Positions 18,584-33,338 of a stretch of 64,000 nt of DNA are shown piece after piece. The DNA is from the human T2T-CHM13v2.0 reference genome, Homo sapiens. Location: the NCBI RefSeq assembly GCF_009914755.1, contig NC_060933.1. The stretch is one strand, 5' to 3'. Each line of letters opens with the position of its first letter. Position 1 is the first letter of the stretch. A program made the translations under genes and the position numbers. The notes under the pieces were generated by a model. The model was given only the letters and a program-made list of their open reading frames with translations. It ran no database searches and had not been told where the DNA came from.

Positions 18584-20539
18584 TTAATAATAAAGGCAAA
18601 AGAAAAGAGGCCATGTGGCCACCCTCACTTTGTCCAGTTTGTTCCATGGGGACCTTGGCCTCTGGATCAGCCTAAAACCAGATGAGGATCGTGAAAGCTC
18701 TGAAGTTCTCTTCCCCTTCCTGTCCCCAGCCCTGTTTGTACTGAATACCTGCCACCCACACAAGTTAACTGTTACTTTGGACCCAAACTGAGCTTTGCAC
18801 CCAACTTTCACAACTCAATTCAATTTATTCTTTGCCTAACAGAAACAGCGGAAAACTAACCCTGGCTGATGGTCCCCCCTCAGTCTGCACAATGGGGGTA
18901 CAGGAGAGGCAGGGGACCCAGGAGTTACCAGCAAACCAGGACACAGAATGAAAAGGCAAGCACTGCCTTTCAACAGGGTTGCTCTGGGGTATACCATTCA
19001 GCTCCAGGCTGAACATAGCGTTTCTAGTCTTCCTGGCGGCAGCACACAGGCTTTATGTATGCTTTCTATTCTTCCTAGTGCAAGGGAGCCTCCTCAAGAC
19101 CTGCAAACTAATGGGCCTTAAGACATTTCCCACTCATTCAGTAAATACTTACTAAGCATGTCCCAAGGGCCAGGCTCTGTGCTGGGCTCTGAGGCCAAGC
19201 GTATACACTCCAGGATCTCAGGAGACAGGAACTGTGCAATGAACATCCATACGCTGCAGGCAACAGCTATCATGGACTGCTAACTTCTTCCCCTACCTAA
19301 TGGGCAGGGCTGGTTCTCACTATGTGAGCTAACAAGTGGCCCCAAAACCCTTAAGAGGTTCTGACGTCTAAACAATATAATCTAGAAATCTAAGCCAGGT
19401 GGATTGGAAAGTAGCTACCAGTCAGAACTTGAGATTCAGAGACATAGAAGCTTTAGTATACACAGAGAGCAAAGCAAAAAAGGGTCTGCAACTGTAGGGC
19501 CACCAGGAGACTGGTTCTGGTGCTACTTTCCTGACTGACCAACTCTGGGCACCTGTGCCCCCCTGAGCCCCAGTTCTGTCAGCTGTACAAGATGCAAGCC
19601 AGATCTTTCCAACTCTAACAATCTAAGCATCAGCAACCTGAAATAAATCACTTTTCTTTCTGATTCAGCAAAATATACTTCCTTTAGAAATCAGGAAGAG
19701 AGTTAAGGAAAACAGGTTAGCAGGCAGTGGTATAACAACTTAAGCCCCTTTGTGTCAGGGTGTTGCATCCCACTTCCTTCTTTAAAAAGAACTCTGCCAC
19801 AAGGCTACAAACTGCCTTTGGCTAAACCTGCCTATCTCTCTAATCCTAACACTTTTAAACCCATCTGCAATACCAAGCAAGAAGCAACAAGACCAGTGGA
19901 GTCTGGCCCAATTTGAATGACCCAACCCCACATCCTGTTGCAGGATTCCTTCCCTGGCTAAGCACGGAAAACCTTTTCCCTGCCCTTTCTTCTAACTTCA
20001 AGCTGCTAAGCAGCTGCAAAAAAATAAAAAATAAAAATAGTTTGGAGGAGGGAAGAAAAGTCACTGTGATGGGACAGAATGAGGCTCGGCCCTAGTCCTG
20101 GGGATCTCAGCTTCTGGTTGCAGCTCAGTTGCTGGCTGGGTGACCTCAAGAAATCCCTTCCCTGCTTTGTACCTCAGCTTTCTCATCCGTAAAATAAGAG
20201 GTTCAGACTAGACTACCCCAGAGCCATAGCCCCCCTTTCATTGCCAACATGATATGATTCTTCCCACTACTCACTAATGGACACACAACATGGATAAACC
20301 ATGGCGGAGACAATTTCCCAGCAAGTGGGCCCCCTCTACCAGGATAAGAAGGGGCAGGAGCCCTGGATCACACTGTAGCAAAGGAATAAGAGTAAGGACG
20401 GACATAGAGGACTGGAACACCAAGACCTGGGGATAACCACGGGAGGCAGGGAGAAAGGCAAGGAAGGAGTCAGAAACTTCAATATTCTCAGATGGAGAAT
20501 AGGCAAAATAATGACACCACTGAAAAGCGATTAGGCACA

Positions 20540-20780
20540 TTGAGTTAGAGTGCCAGCTCCAAAGTCAGATTATCTGGATTTGAACCCTACCTGTGCTCCT
20601 TGTTAGTGGTGTGGACCTCAGACAAGTTACTTAACCTCTCTGAGTAGCACGTTCCCCAGCTACAACATGTGGAAATAACAGTACATCGCGGGGCCTTAAA
20701 AGGAATAAATCTAGTTAATAATGCCTAATCAGTTAGTGCCTCACACATGGAAGCTCATTCTAAGTGTTTGCTTTTATTTT
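20540..20780 (+). mobile_element. MIR
   Basis: agtcagattatctggatttgaacc...caagttacttaacctctctgag. Confidence 0.65.
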
Positions 20781-20916
20781 ATTAATATAATATTATCTAT
20801 TATACTTTACAATTATTATTAAAACAGATAGGATCCACAGATTCCAGTCCCTGTTCTCTCACTAGAGACCTCAGAATTCAGGTTCCCCATTTGTAACATG
20901 AGAGGCTGAACACAAT

Positions 20917-21567
20917 CAGTTTTTCTCAAAGGAAGATCTGTATACATATTGCTGAGGGATTATATTTAAGTTCTCTAAGAGGATTTTAAACACTTTGTTT
21001 TCATTTCAACAGTCATCTAAACAAAGTCTAATAAACACATATGGATTTTTTAAATGCTTACTTTAAAGCCAAGTTCTGGCACAAGATTTCAAAGCCCAAG
21101 TTTATATTTGTGTTTATGATTGTGTTGGCACCAGTATAATTGTAGCAAACTCATGAGGATGGAACAGGTGCCATCAAATTAAGGTCATACAAGTAGAAAA
21201 ATGGGTGGAGAATTCAATCATTAGCACATGATAATATAGACTGGCCAAACTCAAAATGATCAGCATGATAGCATTTACTGCCATGCAACTTATAATTTGG
21301 TTTCAGTTGAACAACAGCTGCCTCACCACATTTAAGGTATTAATTTGAATGGTATTGATTTTGCAATTTTGGCTGCACTTAATTTGTAAATATGTATGGG
21401 TCATATAGTTGTATAATAACAGCCTATAAGAAGTTTATACCTACTTTTACTTCCTAATATTTAAGTAACACTATAATAAAAAAGGAAATTTAGTGAACAA
21501 AAGGATGCTTTGACACTTTTGTTCTTTTACAGACAGTGCAAGCATTATTCTAGTTTGAGGAAAACTG
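20917..21567. mobile_element. Old hAT-Charlie element (MER113-like)
   Basis: Inverted ends cagttttttctcaaa / tttgaggaaaactg around an AT-rich body. Confidence 0.45.
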
Positions 21568-22438
21568 AATGAAATTCTCTCCAAAGTCCCTTATAGCCCT
21601 TTGAATCTCAGAAAGATGATCATTTTGATTACAGACATGTTAAGCTACATTAAGACAGCCAAGTGGGGATACTGGCTTAGAATCCAGGAAAAAAAAATAA
21701 AGGCAGAACAGGAACAAGAGACTTAGAAACTAACTACAGAGAAATGCATCCTAGAGATGGGATCTCTAAGGAAGGGTGTTCAGAGATAGAGAGACAAAGA
21801 GCTGACGTCTGAGTTTCAGGGAGTTCACTCTGCTCTACAGCCCTCACATCCCTCTGTGGAAGAGTTCCATTCACCTGCGCATTAAAGATGATCTCCAGAT
21901 TACTCAAAGCATTATTGGCCCATCTGGGAAGTGAATGGCTTAGAACCCTCTGCAGAAATAAAACAAGTCTCAGTTATTATATTCCTCCAGGCCTGAAGGA
22001 AAGAATCCAGATTGACACCAAGATACCCAGTATTGATCTCTAAGAGTGGGGCCACTAACTCACTTCACCCACAGCTTCCAGAAATACAGGGGCCCATTAG
22101 GGGCTTTTGGAGAGCCAGGTGGCTCCCAGGGCTGCAGCAAAAGGAAAAAGTGGGGTGCTCAGGGGCGATTCGGAGCCAGGTCCTAGGGATCAGAACTCAT
22201 GCCTGGGCAGTAGCACAAACCAAAGCTACTATTTCTACCTGGCTGCAAATCTGCCCTCTATGATAAGCCACATGCCATATCCGGACCACACAGTCCTGTG
22301 TCCATAAGAGCCAGATTCCATCAATCCCTGTGTGAAAACCAACACAGCTTCCTTCCCTCCCTCCCTCCTCCAATCCCCAACTCAAAACCACAAAGAAAAA
22401 ATGAGAGAACCCCCCGCTGCTGAAAAACCCAAGCTTAC

Positions 22439-22504
22439 TGTTTGTCTTCTTCTGAAAGTGAGGTTCTTCCACAGCAGCAACCTCAGCTGAGGCCAACAAG
22501 CCAT
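22439..22504 (-). CDS. ABCA1: ABCA1 exon 2 coding part, residues 1-22 ([22 protein letters not shown])
   Basis: Minus strand reads GGAACATGGCTTGTTGG...AGACAAACA|gtaagc. ATG at 22504 has a strong Kozak context (A-3, G+4). The translation is the recognisable ABCA1 N-terminus; phase 0 donor. Confidence 0.98.
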
Positions 22505-22596
22505 GTTCCCTCAGCCAGCACCCCCAGCGTGTGGCTCGGGAGCCCTGGAAGGCAGCGGCCAGAGCTCACAGCAGGGACGCCGTGGCTGGTCATTAA
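22505..22596 (-). other. ABCA1: ABCA1 exon 2 5'UTR part (92 nt)
   Basis: Acceptor gctttatctttcag|TTAATGACC at 22597/22596; in-frame TGA 9 nt before the main ATG. Confidence 0.95.
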
Positions 22597-23112
22597 CTGA
22601 AAGATAAAGCAGGAGGGGAAACAGCCATCAGTTATTGCTGCAAAGCCATACACCAATGAGGACTGCTAATCCAGCCCTCTCAGCTGAGACCTCCAACACA
22701 CAGCTCTGCATCATGACTGCTTCTCAATGGATCATGAGTCACCAGCTCCCAGCCTCTGGGTTCACCCACAAAGAGGGACTCGGGAGGTGTTCCGACAGCA
22801 GGCTAGGAGCTACGTGTTATGGTCCTAATCATTTTAGTTCTATAGATGTTATCATCTGGGAATGAAGAATGCATTTCTGAAAATAGACCTCTCTCAGGTG
22901 GCCAAAAACACTGAGGATGGAAATGGCATACTGGAATCCCAGAGACCTACCTCTCTTTTCTAAGAAAATGCCTCCCCTTACATACAAAGTCAGCAGCATT
23001 TGTAAATTTTGCCTCAAGCCTGGAGTGACTTATACTATTCCCTGAACTTCCTTACATACTAATTTTCAGTGGGTTATACAACTGAGTCCTTCAAATGATA
23101 AAAAGCACCATC

Positions 23113-23402
23113 GGCCAGGCGTGGTGGCTCAAGCCTATAATCCCAGCACTTTGGGAGGCCGAGGCAGGCGGATCACGAGGTCAAGAAATCGAGACCATCC
23201 TAGCCAATACGGTGAAACCCCGTCTCTACTAAAAATACAAAAATTAGCTGGGCATGGTGGCAGGCACCTGTAGTCCCAGCTACTTGGGAGGCTGAGGCAG
23301 GAGAATCGCTGAACCTGGCAGGCGGAGGTGCAGTGAGCCAAGATTGTGCCACTACACTCCAGCATGGCGACAGAGCGAGACTCTGTCTCAAAAAAAAAAA
23401 AA
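23113..23402 (+). mobile_element. Alu (AluSc-like)
   Basis: atcgagaccatcct; TSD aaaagcaccatc. Confidence 0.95.
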
Positions 23403-24699
23403 AAAAGCACCATCAATAAAGCAGTTTCCTAATCTGGAAAACCACAACGTGCCTTAGATGAGTGTGAGTAAACACCAAGAAAATGCTACCGACACCTGGC
23501 TCTCAGGTAATGAGGACAACCCTAGCGCTGTGTCTCTGGAAAGAAAACAGCATCCCATGGAGAAACAAGTCTGCTATGGCAGGCTCAGGGCATCAACTGT
23601 GAAACCGACAAACAAGCTCCCATGGTCAGCACATATGCACACTTCTGGCCTTGTTCCACCTGCACCTGAACACACCGCCCCCCTACTCCGTTGGGTGTCA
23701 CAGGTGCCTCCTTGGAGGACTGTTTGCCATGCTAGGGCAAGAAGGTCTTCTCGTGAACAAGGGATACTACATTCTGTGTATCCCAGCCACCCATCCAGCA
23801 GTTACCCTTATTTAATGCTGGAATAGTCCCAAGTAGTTATATTAAAGTTAAAGCTGGGGAGGGGGCAGAAGATGAAAAATGGAAGGGAGGACACACAGGT
23901 GAAAATTCGGCCCTGCTGGCACTTGGTAGCCATGAACTCTCCTAGCTGTGCTTATGAAATGGCTCAGTGAATCACTGTGGCCTCTAGAGGAGTAGGGGCA
24001 AGGGTAGGGTGGGACACTGGGCATGAGGAACAAGGAGCAGAAGGAACTAAGAATGCAGTAGCGAGGTATGGATACAAAACCAAGCGCTAGACTAGAAATC
24101 TGTGAGTCCAAATGAGATCTCCATGCCAAGGTCAGTCTCTAGTAGAACAATACCCTTTTATCTACCACCCAACAAGGACTTGGATTAAAACTTCTAGAAA
24201 AGTCAAGAGATTGGAGGAAATTGCAGTGTCTGAGAAGAAAAGACAGCCTACCACTATGTATTCCAATTCATTCATTGACAGTCCAATAAATCAAGAAATT
24301 CTCTGAAATAGTCAAGCCTTAGGACCTATTTCTTTTCCTTACCATTTGCTCAGCAAACTTCTAGAAGGACACAGGCCTCCAAAGTTTCTTACTCCAAAAA
24401 GAGGAAGAGTTAAACCAGCACTGCATCAGTTTGTTCAAAGATGACAACTGGCAGCACAGCACTGGCAACCAGAGCAGCATTGTGAGACACATGCTTGTCA
24501 TCCCAAATTGTTTTCTAAGTGGCTCAGGACAGAGCTTGCATTCCAGAGACACTGAAATAAATAATTAGCTAGATTTTTCTCATACAGAAGCTGCTCTCCA
24601 GGAATCAGTTCGTTGATTTAGAAGCTACATGAATCTCTTGAAATCCCCAAGGTAACAATGAGGAGGGGACAATTAAAAAAGGAAAACTATCAGAAAGAG

Positions 24700-24910
24700 C
24701 CCAGGCATGAATTAGCCCCGGCTTCCCAACTATGTGCCCCTGGCCAAGGCTTTATGCTCTCTAAGCATCAATTTCCTCATGGTAAAATAAGGATGACAAT
24801 ACTTACCTTGTATGGTGTTCAACTGTGTTCTACTGTGGATTCAACGAGATAATATAAATAATTTCCCAACACAGTACATGGCTTAATTTAAGTGCCAAAG
24901 CAATGTGAGT
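24700..24910 (+). mobile_element. MIR that supplies the exon 1a splice donor on its antisense strand
   Basis: ctctaagcatcaatttcctcatggtaaaataaggatgacaatacttacc core. Confidence 0.6.
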
Positions 24911-24942
24911 TCCCTTCTCCCCATTTATCTTTCTTCATTCCA
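24807..24942 (-). other. ABCA1: Probable alternative first exon (exon 1a / liver-type) of ABCA1
   Basis: Consensus donor CAAG|gtaagt at 24807/24806, giving a 2210-nt intron to exon 2. TATAA at 24972-24968 and CAAT at 25016-25013 on the minus strand. The 5' end is inferred from TATA spacing and a recalled exon size. Confidence 0.65.
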
Positions 24943-25689
24943 ACAATATCCTCTAGCTGAGAAATGGTTATATCCTGTCCAAACAGGACGTTCCATTATT
25001 TCTAGCAAATCCATTGTGGGTTTCTGGAAAGATAGGAGGGGCAAAGCAGTAAGGATGAAATCTTAATAGCCTAGTGTTGCAGTACCCAGAGCCAAACCCA
25101 AATATAGAATATCACCTCCCCTAAACCCTGAGTGGAAAAGCTCAAAGGAAGAGAAGACACACCTCTACACAACGTTCATGAGAAGAAGGGAAGGATGAGT
25201 TTTCTTGGACAGCATTTTCTTGGAAGTAAAGTGTCTGGGTTTCAAGAAAAAGGTTCTGACTCCAAGGACTCTCCAGGAAGCACATGGAGAAGGTTGCTAA
25301 GAAGTAGCATAGAGCCACAGTAGAAAGTTCTACCGTGGCTTTGCTGGGCACACTTAGGCAAGCTTCCTGCTCCAATTCCTCCCACCCACCTTGGCACTGA
25401 CCTGGCCTCCTGCACAATTTGCTCCCCCAACTCAGAACACAATGATCAATACTGGGAGCAATTCTGTCCTAAGAGGAGAGTTTGGCAATGCCCGGCCCCT
25501 TCTGCTCAGGTAACTGAAGCCAAAGGGACATTTCCACATCAGTTTTCCAAGTTAGTGAACAAACAAACCAAAATCAAAAAAAAAAAAAAAAAAGATATAA
25601 AAGAGACAGTACTATGTACTAGATTTCTCAATGTTTCAAATGCAGTACACTCACTTCTGCCCTCATACACATTTCCAGTTACTGGCTGG

Positions 25690-26330
25690 AAAGGATCCCA
25701 CTTCACAGTCATCCCAGTCAATAGGCCACTCTGATCCTGCTCCTAGATGACCGCAACTGCCACCTCACTGGTCTCCCAACCATTTGTCACAGAGCACCCA
25801 AAGTTACTCAGCTAGACCAAATATCTGAACATGCCTCTCCCCGACTTAAAACCTTTTGCCAGCTCCTCAGCACCTGAACATAGAGTCCAGTGCTCACCAA
25901 GGTCTACCTGGCCTCCCTTCTGTGACTCCAGCCTACTCTCTTGCCACTCCCCACCTGCTAAGCAATGCCCTGGAGATGTGTATACAGGCTCAGAATATGC
26001 TGCACGCTCTCCTACCACTGGGACTTCACTGGTGAGTTCTCTTGTCCTAAGACACTTTTTCAAGCACTGCTAGCCTGGCTAATGCCTAGGTCTCAAACTT
26101 AGGTCTCCACTTCTTCAATGTCCTTTCCTGATATCCTCCCCTGCAACTGACACGTGGGTTCAGAGCCCTTCCTACGTGCTCCCTAGGAAGACTTGGCTGG
26201 GAAAGAGGATTTCTACCTTCTGAGTCAGAGCAGAGACCATTTCTGTTTCCTTCATCCCTGTTTTCCTTAGTATGCAAAAGGGTCCTGGCTTGTCGTAAGC
26301 ACTTGGGGATGTCTGCTTAATTAATTAAGA
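25690..26330 (+). mobile_element. L2 fragment
   Basis: gcaactgccacctcactggtctcc...cttaaaacc...cagagtcc; L2-like 3' end. Confidence 0.5.
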
Positions 26331-26889
26331 GACGGATAGGAGAAATAGGGTGTCAGAATTCAAGGGTGGCAGCACTCCTGGACCTGTGGTAACTCATTTC
26401 TCAAGCCTGATTAAATGATTTGGGCAAATTATCCCCAAAGAGGGAGCTCTGTGTTCAGCAGCTTCTACCATATGCTTGAAAGTCACAAAGGACTGCTGAG
26501 CTTCCCAGGTGACTCCTGGGACATCCTGAAAAACGTAATAGAATCTAAGTCTGTTTCCCATAACTGCCAGCTTTAGCTAAGGACTGGGCAGCCTCCCAAG
26601 GCCAGCAGGGCCATGCAGTCGACTTCCCGCCCGTCCTCACCCTCAAGCCCGAGGCGTACGCTCTCTGGGTCTCATCAGTCACCCAAGTGGATCACTCCTT
26701 GCCAAAATGTGACAATCTCCACACCTCAGCCTTGTTTCATACAGTTTGGGCATGGCAGAAGTGACTGCTGGAAACCTTTGGCCAATTTTTTAAGGAAATT
26801 TTAACTGCAAATGCCACTGATATTTTGAAGTTATTAATATCTACAGAATACAACAGACTGCTAAATTAAAACCTTCCCAAATAAGCAGA

Positions 26890-27840
<951 letters not shown>

Positions 27841-28430
27841 ATAAACTGCCTTCTATTATCATAATTAACATACCTCACAAGTCATAACTTGGAAGACCTA
27901 AGAACTGGATAGTGTAAAGCCTGATTATTGTGTGATCGCCTTGGAAGAGGAATAGTAGATAAATATTCATTACCACTTATAAATTCCACAAACAACTGCA
28001 GCCTTAACTCTGCAAGGTGCCCATGAGCCACAACAAATATTTATCGAGTGCCTATCACATGCCAGGTGTGTTCCATACCTTAGAGATTCAGTGGTGAACA
28101 ACAGAAGCAAAGTTCCTTCATTCATGGGGCTCCTATTCTACCAGGGATGGGAAACAGACAAATAATAGTGGGTTGTTCAAACAGTGGGTGGTGGTGGTAG
28201 GATTGACGAAGAAAAATAAAGCAGAGTAAGGGGACAGAGAGTAACGGGGTGGAAGTTATTCCTTTCTGATGAAGCATCTTTAGGACAATGAACTGAGAGA
28301 GTGGACCATATGCTACCCACAAAGGGGTGGCTTAAATGACAGCTGGGATTATAAAATTACTTTTACTTTTCCCTAAACCAAAACCTGGAATACCAGACAG
28401 CAGACAGATTCAGTGATGCTGGCAAAAGAA

Positions 28431-28432
<2 letters not shown>

Positions 28433-28477
<45 letters not shown>
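28433..28477. repeat. (AC)22 microsatellite
   Basis: Direct reading. Confidence 0.95.
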
Positions 28478-28478
<1 letters not shown>

Positions 28479-29396
28479 TCACAGGAAGCTGGCTGTGAAG
28501 GGGGAAATGATGACCCTAGTTAGCACCTGGCACGTGTTCTCCCACCTCTTCCTCACCAAAACATTGTGCCCTTTTGAACTTGACATGCACATTTCCAGGA
28601 GAGATGAGAGATGAGAATTATAAAGAAGAAGAAAAGGGGAGAGAGGATGACACTAAAAAGACAAGATAGGAGGATTTTTCCCCATTTGGCATAGCCAAAA
28701 GAAAAACAGGAACTCCTTCCCGTGACTGCCCTCTACTCTTCTACAGCACTAAATCTGTCTATGGAAACACAGTGAGGAAAGAAAGTGCATGTATCTGTAC
28801 AGCTACCAGAAGCTGTTTGCTTGTGCAGTAACAAATGGGCTGGCTGGTCTTTTTCCTTCCCGCAAGAACACTGCCAACACATGAGCTTTAGTGCTGGGCT
28901 CCTATCGAAGGGTGACAGTCAGCCCTCATGCCTGAGCCAGGGCAGGTTCCAGAAGAGGGAAGTCTCCAAGCAGGGATCATACAAGTGTCAACATCTCACT
29001 GGGACAGAGAAATTGGCCCCTCTGGGTGGAAGAGGAGAGGCTTCCACAAAGTCATGCTCCATTTGACTGTCGTATTAGTAGATAAAATCTCTTGGAATGT
29101 TGAAGACTCATTCCCACTACACCCCTGCTGCAATCTTATAGACAGAGAAGCTGAGGCCTCCCCCAAAGCAAGTGACTTGCCTAGCATTAGAGCTGGTTTC
29201 TCAAGAAATAACTTTTTCAACAACTCTTATATGCCCCTTCCCACTTAGCTATTTCTCCTATGATTTTGTTTGTTGTTCTGAATGCATTTCTCAGAGTTCT
29301 ATCCAAATAGTTCACATACCCAAAATGTACAGATAGCAACTAATTCTCCTCTTTCAAAAACAGTGATTATATGACAGCTATTTCATTAAACCTTAA

Positions 29397-29829
<433 letters not shown>

Positions 29830-30238
29830 TCAGTATCTCTCTTGATGAGGTTGCTTCTAGATGTCTTTTTCGTAATTGAGGTATAATAGACAAATAAAAA
29901 TGTTATATATTTACAGTGTTCTAGATGTCTTATATCAAAAACAGCTTGCCAGTAAACTACAAAGCAGGAGGTGGATTTAACTACATCAGATATGAACTGA
30001 AAATACATTGGTGCCAAAGCTCTGATTGCCTATTCATGAGATGTTGACACAAAAGCAAGAATCACAGATATGACTCATGTGCCTCATCTCCAGAGAGATG
30101 CACAGGGTCCTATAATATTAGGACATGAAACTTCTAAGCCCAACAGAACATGCTTGCTTTGGAAAAGGTCTGTTCTCTAATTGCCTCTCTGATCATGTGT
30201 CTTTGGATCGGTAGCCACGTTCAGGGACAAGCCTAACA

Positions 30239-30254
30239 AGGTTACTGAAGGCCA
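30239..30254 (+). promoter_or_regulatory. Imperfect DR4 (AGGTTA ctga AGGCCA) in intron 1
   Basis: Half-sites spaced by 4 nt; recalled as one of the reported intron 1 LXREs. Confidence 0.5.
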
Positions 30255-31074
30255 AGACACCTGGAAAGAACAGGTTCACTGCACCCATGATTAAAGACAG
30301 ACAGATCGTGGCTGCTGTGGGGGTGGGAGGGGATATTGAGAGTCATCCTGCAATTTCTCCCAGGCTGACCCATCAGCTTAATTGAGCCTGAAGCTAATCT
30401 GACTGCCTCAGTTTAACTTTTCTGGCCTCCAGATGCTACTGGGCCCTCTATCCTTAAGGGTATCCTTGCTAGGACAGCCTTAAATTATACCTCCTCACAC
30501 TCCTGAAACATTCCATAAACCACAGTTCCAGGGAAACTACCTTGAGTTAGGGGGCCTTGCAGAAGGGTCATGGGCTGGTACTCCCCCCTGAAACTGTGTT
30601 CCTATTTTTAAAGGCAACATTTTAATAGTCAAATTTGAGAAGCCAAAAGGGGTAAGAAATCCTCCAAGGTAAAAGTCAAGGATGAAATGAAGTTATCCAA
30701 TCATTCCAGAGGAATTCTATCATTCTATAAGAGGTTCTGCTATCACACTGTCCGTTTAAAAATATATAGATCCAGTGAATTTTATTAATTCCAATAATCT
30801 GTAACTTGGGTGCAGTTTTTAAAGTACCAAATGCATCACACTTACTTGATTGTTAGTTACAATAAGATAATAGGTAACTGTACTTCCTTCTTTCACTTGA
30901 ATACACATCCAATTTCCTAGACAAAATTATTGCTAATAGCTAATTTTCAAAATAAGGGCTATGAATTTGTAAAAACTGAAACAAGAAATCTATGAATATT
31001 GTACAAATCTATAACTAGCTTTTGAGAAGCATAATTCTTCATGTTGTCAACAATATAATTTTACAGGAGATCCT

Positions 31075-31260
<186 letters not shown>

Positions 31261-32496
31261 TTAACTCCATCTATATCATGTCACTGATACTTGGACAACC
31301 AAAGATCCTATTTATCACCCTCAACATTCCCGTTGCCACCAGCTAAATGGTCTCAGGGCTTCTAAACCTCACAAGAGCCAGGATTTCTGAAAGCAGATCT
31401 GTCCTGTACCCCAAGTCCTTGTTTCATCACTATAGAACTACGAAGAAACTCTAACAAAATGTTAGAGATAGCCTCTCTTCCCCTGCTGATTTCCACTAAG
31501 CAAACACCAAGCAACCTTCAAAGGAAGACTTCAGCAAACAATACCACTATTTGCCTTTTCCCTGGTCGGGGGGTATGTAGCACATAGAAAAAAAGAATCT
31601 TTCCTCTAGAAAAGAAATCAACCTTTCAACATTCTATGTCATAGAAAAAAAATCAATTTTTTTCAGTCACAATCATAACACCAGAATAAAAGGGATCTGA
31701 AGGGAAGGGATTAGTGAATTCATAAACACCCTGAGCTACAGAAACACAAGCAGGCAAGCCTCTATCAGCAACCCTTTATTTGCAGAAAAACTTGGCTGGA
31801 TAATGTTCCCTGCTGTTATAGGACGGTTTTCCAAGAGAATTTTGGGATAAATGGTTTAGTGACCATATCACCAAAGATCACTTTGTTTGGATTACATCTC
31901 TGAAGAATCAGTGTCTTCAGATGTTCAACCTTCTCCCAACCTGAAGGATTTATATTTATGAAAGTGCTCAAAGCATTTGGTGGGGCAGACAAACCCAAAT
32001 CTTAGTCACTGTCTTTCTTTCTTTTCCTTTGGGTCTATTCTACCATGCAGAAAACTCCCCAAATCCTTAACTCCTTTGTTGTCTTGAGTTAATTGTTTCA
32101 GCAGGAAGAAAGGAGGTTTTAGAGTCAGAGAAAGCTGGGTTTGAATCCTGACTCTGCTACTCACCAGCTCTGGAACCCTAGGGACTCTGAGCCCCTGTAT
32201 CTTCTCCAAAAAATAGAACTGATAATGTATGTAAAACATTTATCCAGTTCCTGGAACAAAGTAAGTGTACAGTAGCTATTACCATGATTAATTCTGGCAA
32301 TTTCACAGTGAAGTATTCATCAAGGGTGGGACACAGAGTGGGTGGTTTATTAAAGGAATCTCTTTTCTGTATTCTTTGTCCACAGAAAGGGCCTTTCCAG
32401 AGCAAACTGGAGCGCTCTCCAGTACCCAGTGCATTGGTAGAGGTGAAAGCATTATACGGTATCCTGTTGCCACTTCTGACCATTGTTTTACTATAA

Positions 32497-32921
<425 letters not shown>

Positions 32922-33018
32922 CCCTACAAGTTTTTGGCACCTGACTCAGTTTTCCTGTCCATCCCATTTCCTCCAGCCTCTATGTCCATTAGAAATCTCT
33001 ATTAGAAATCTGAGCCTT

Positions 33019-33338
<320 letters not shown>

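Noticed and set aside
24337-24350. Additional minus-strand donor ATG|gtaagg at 24343/24342 as another first exon
   Set aside because: Plausible, but I cannot define a start or acceptor, and donors of this quality are frequent in the intron.
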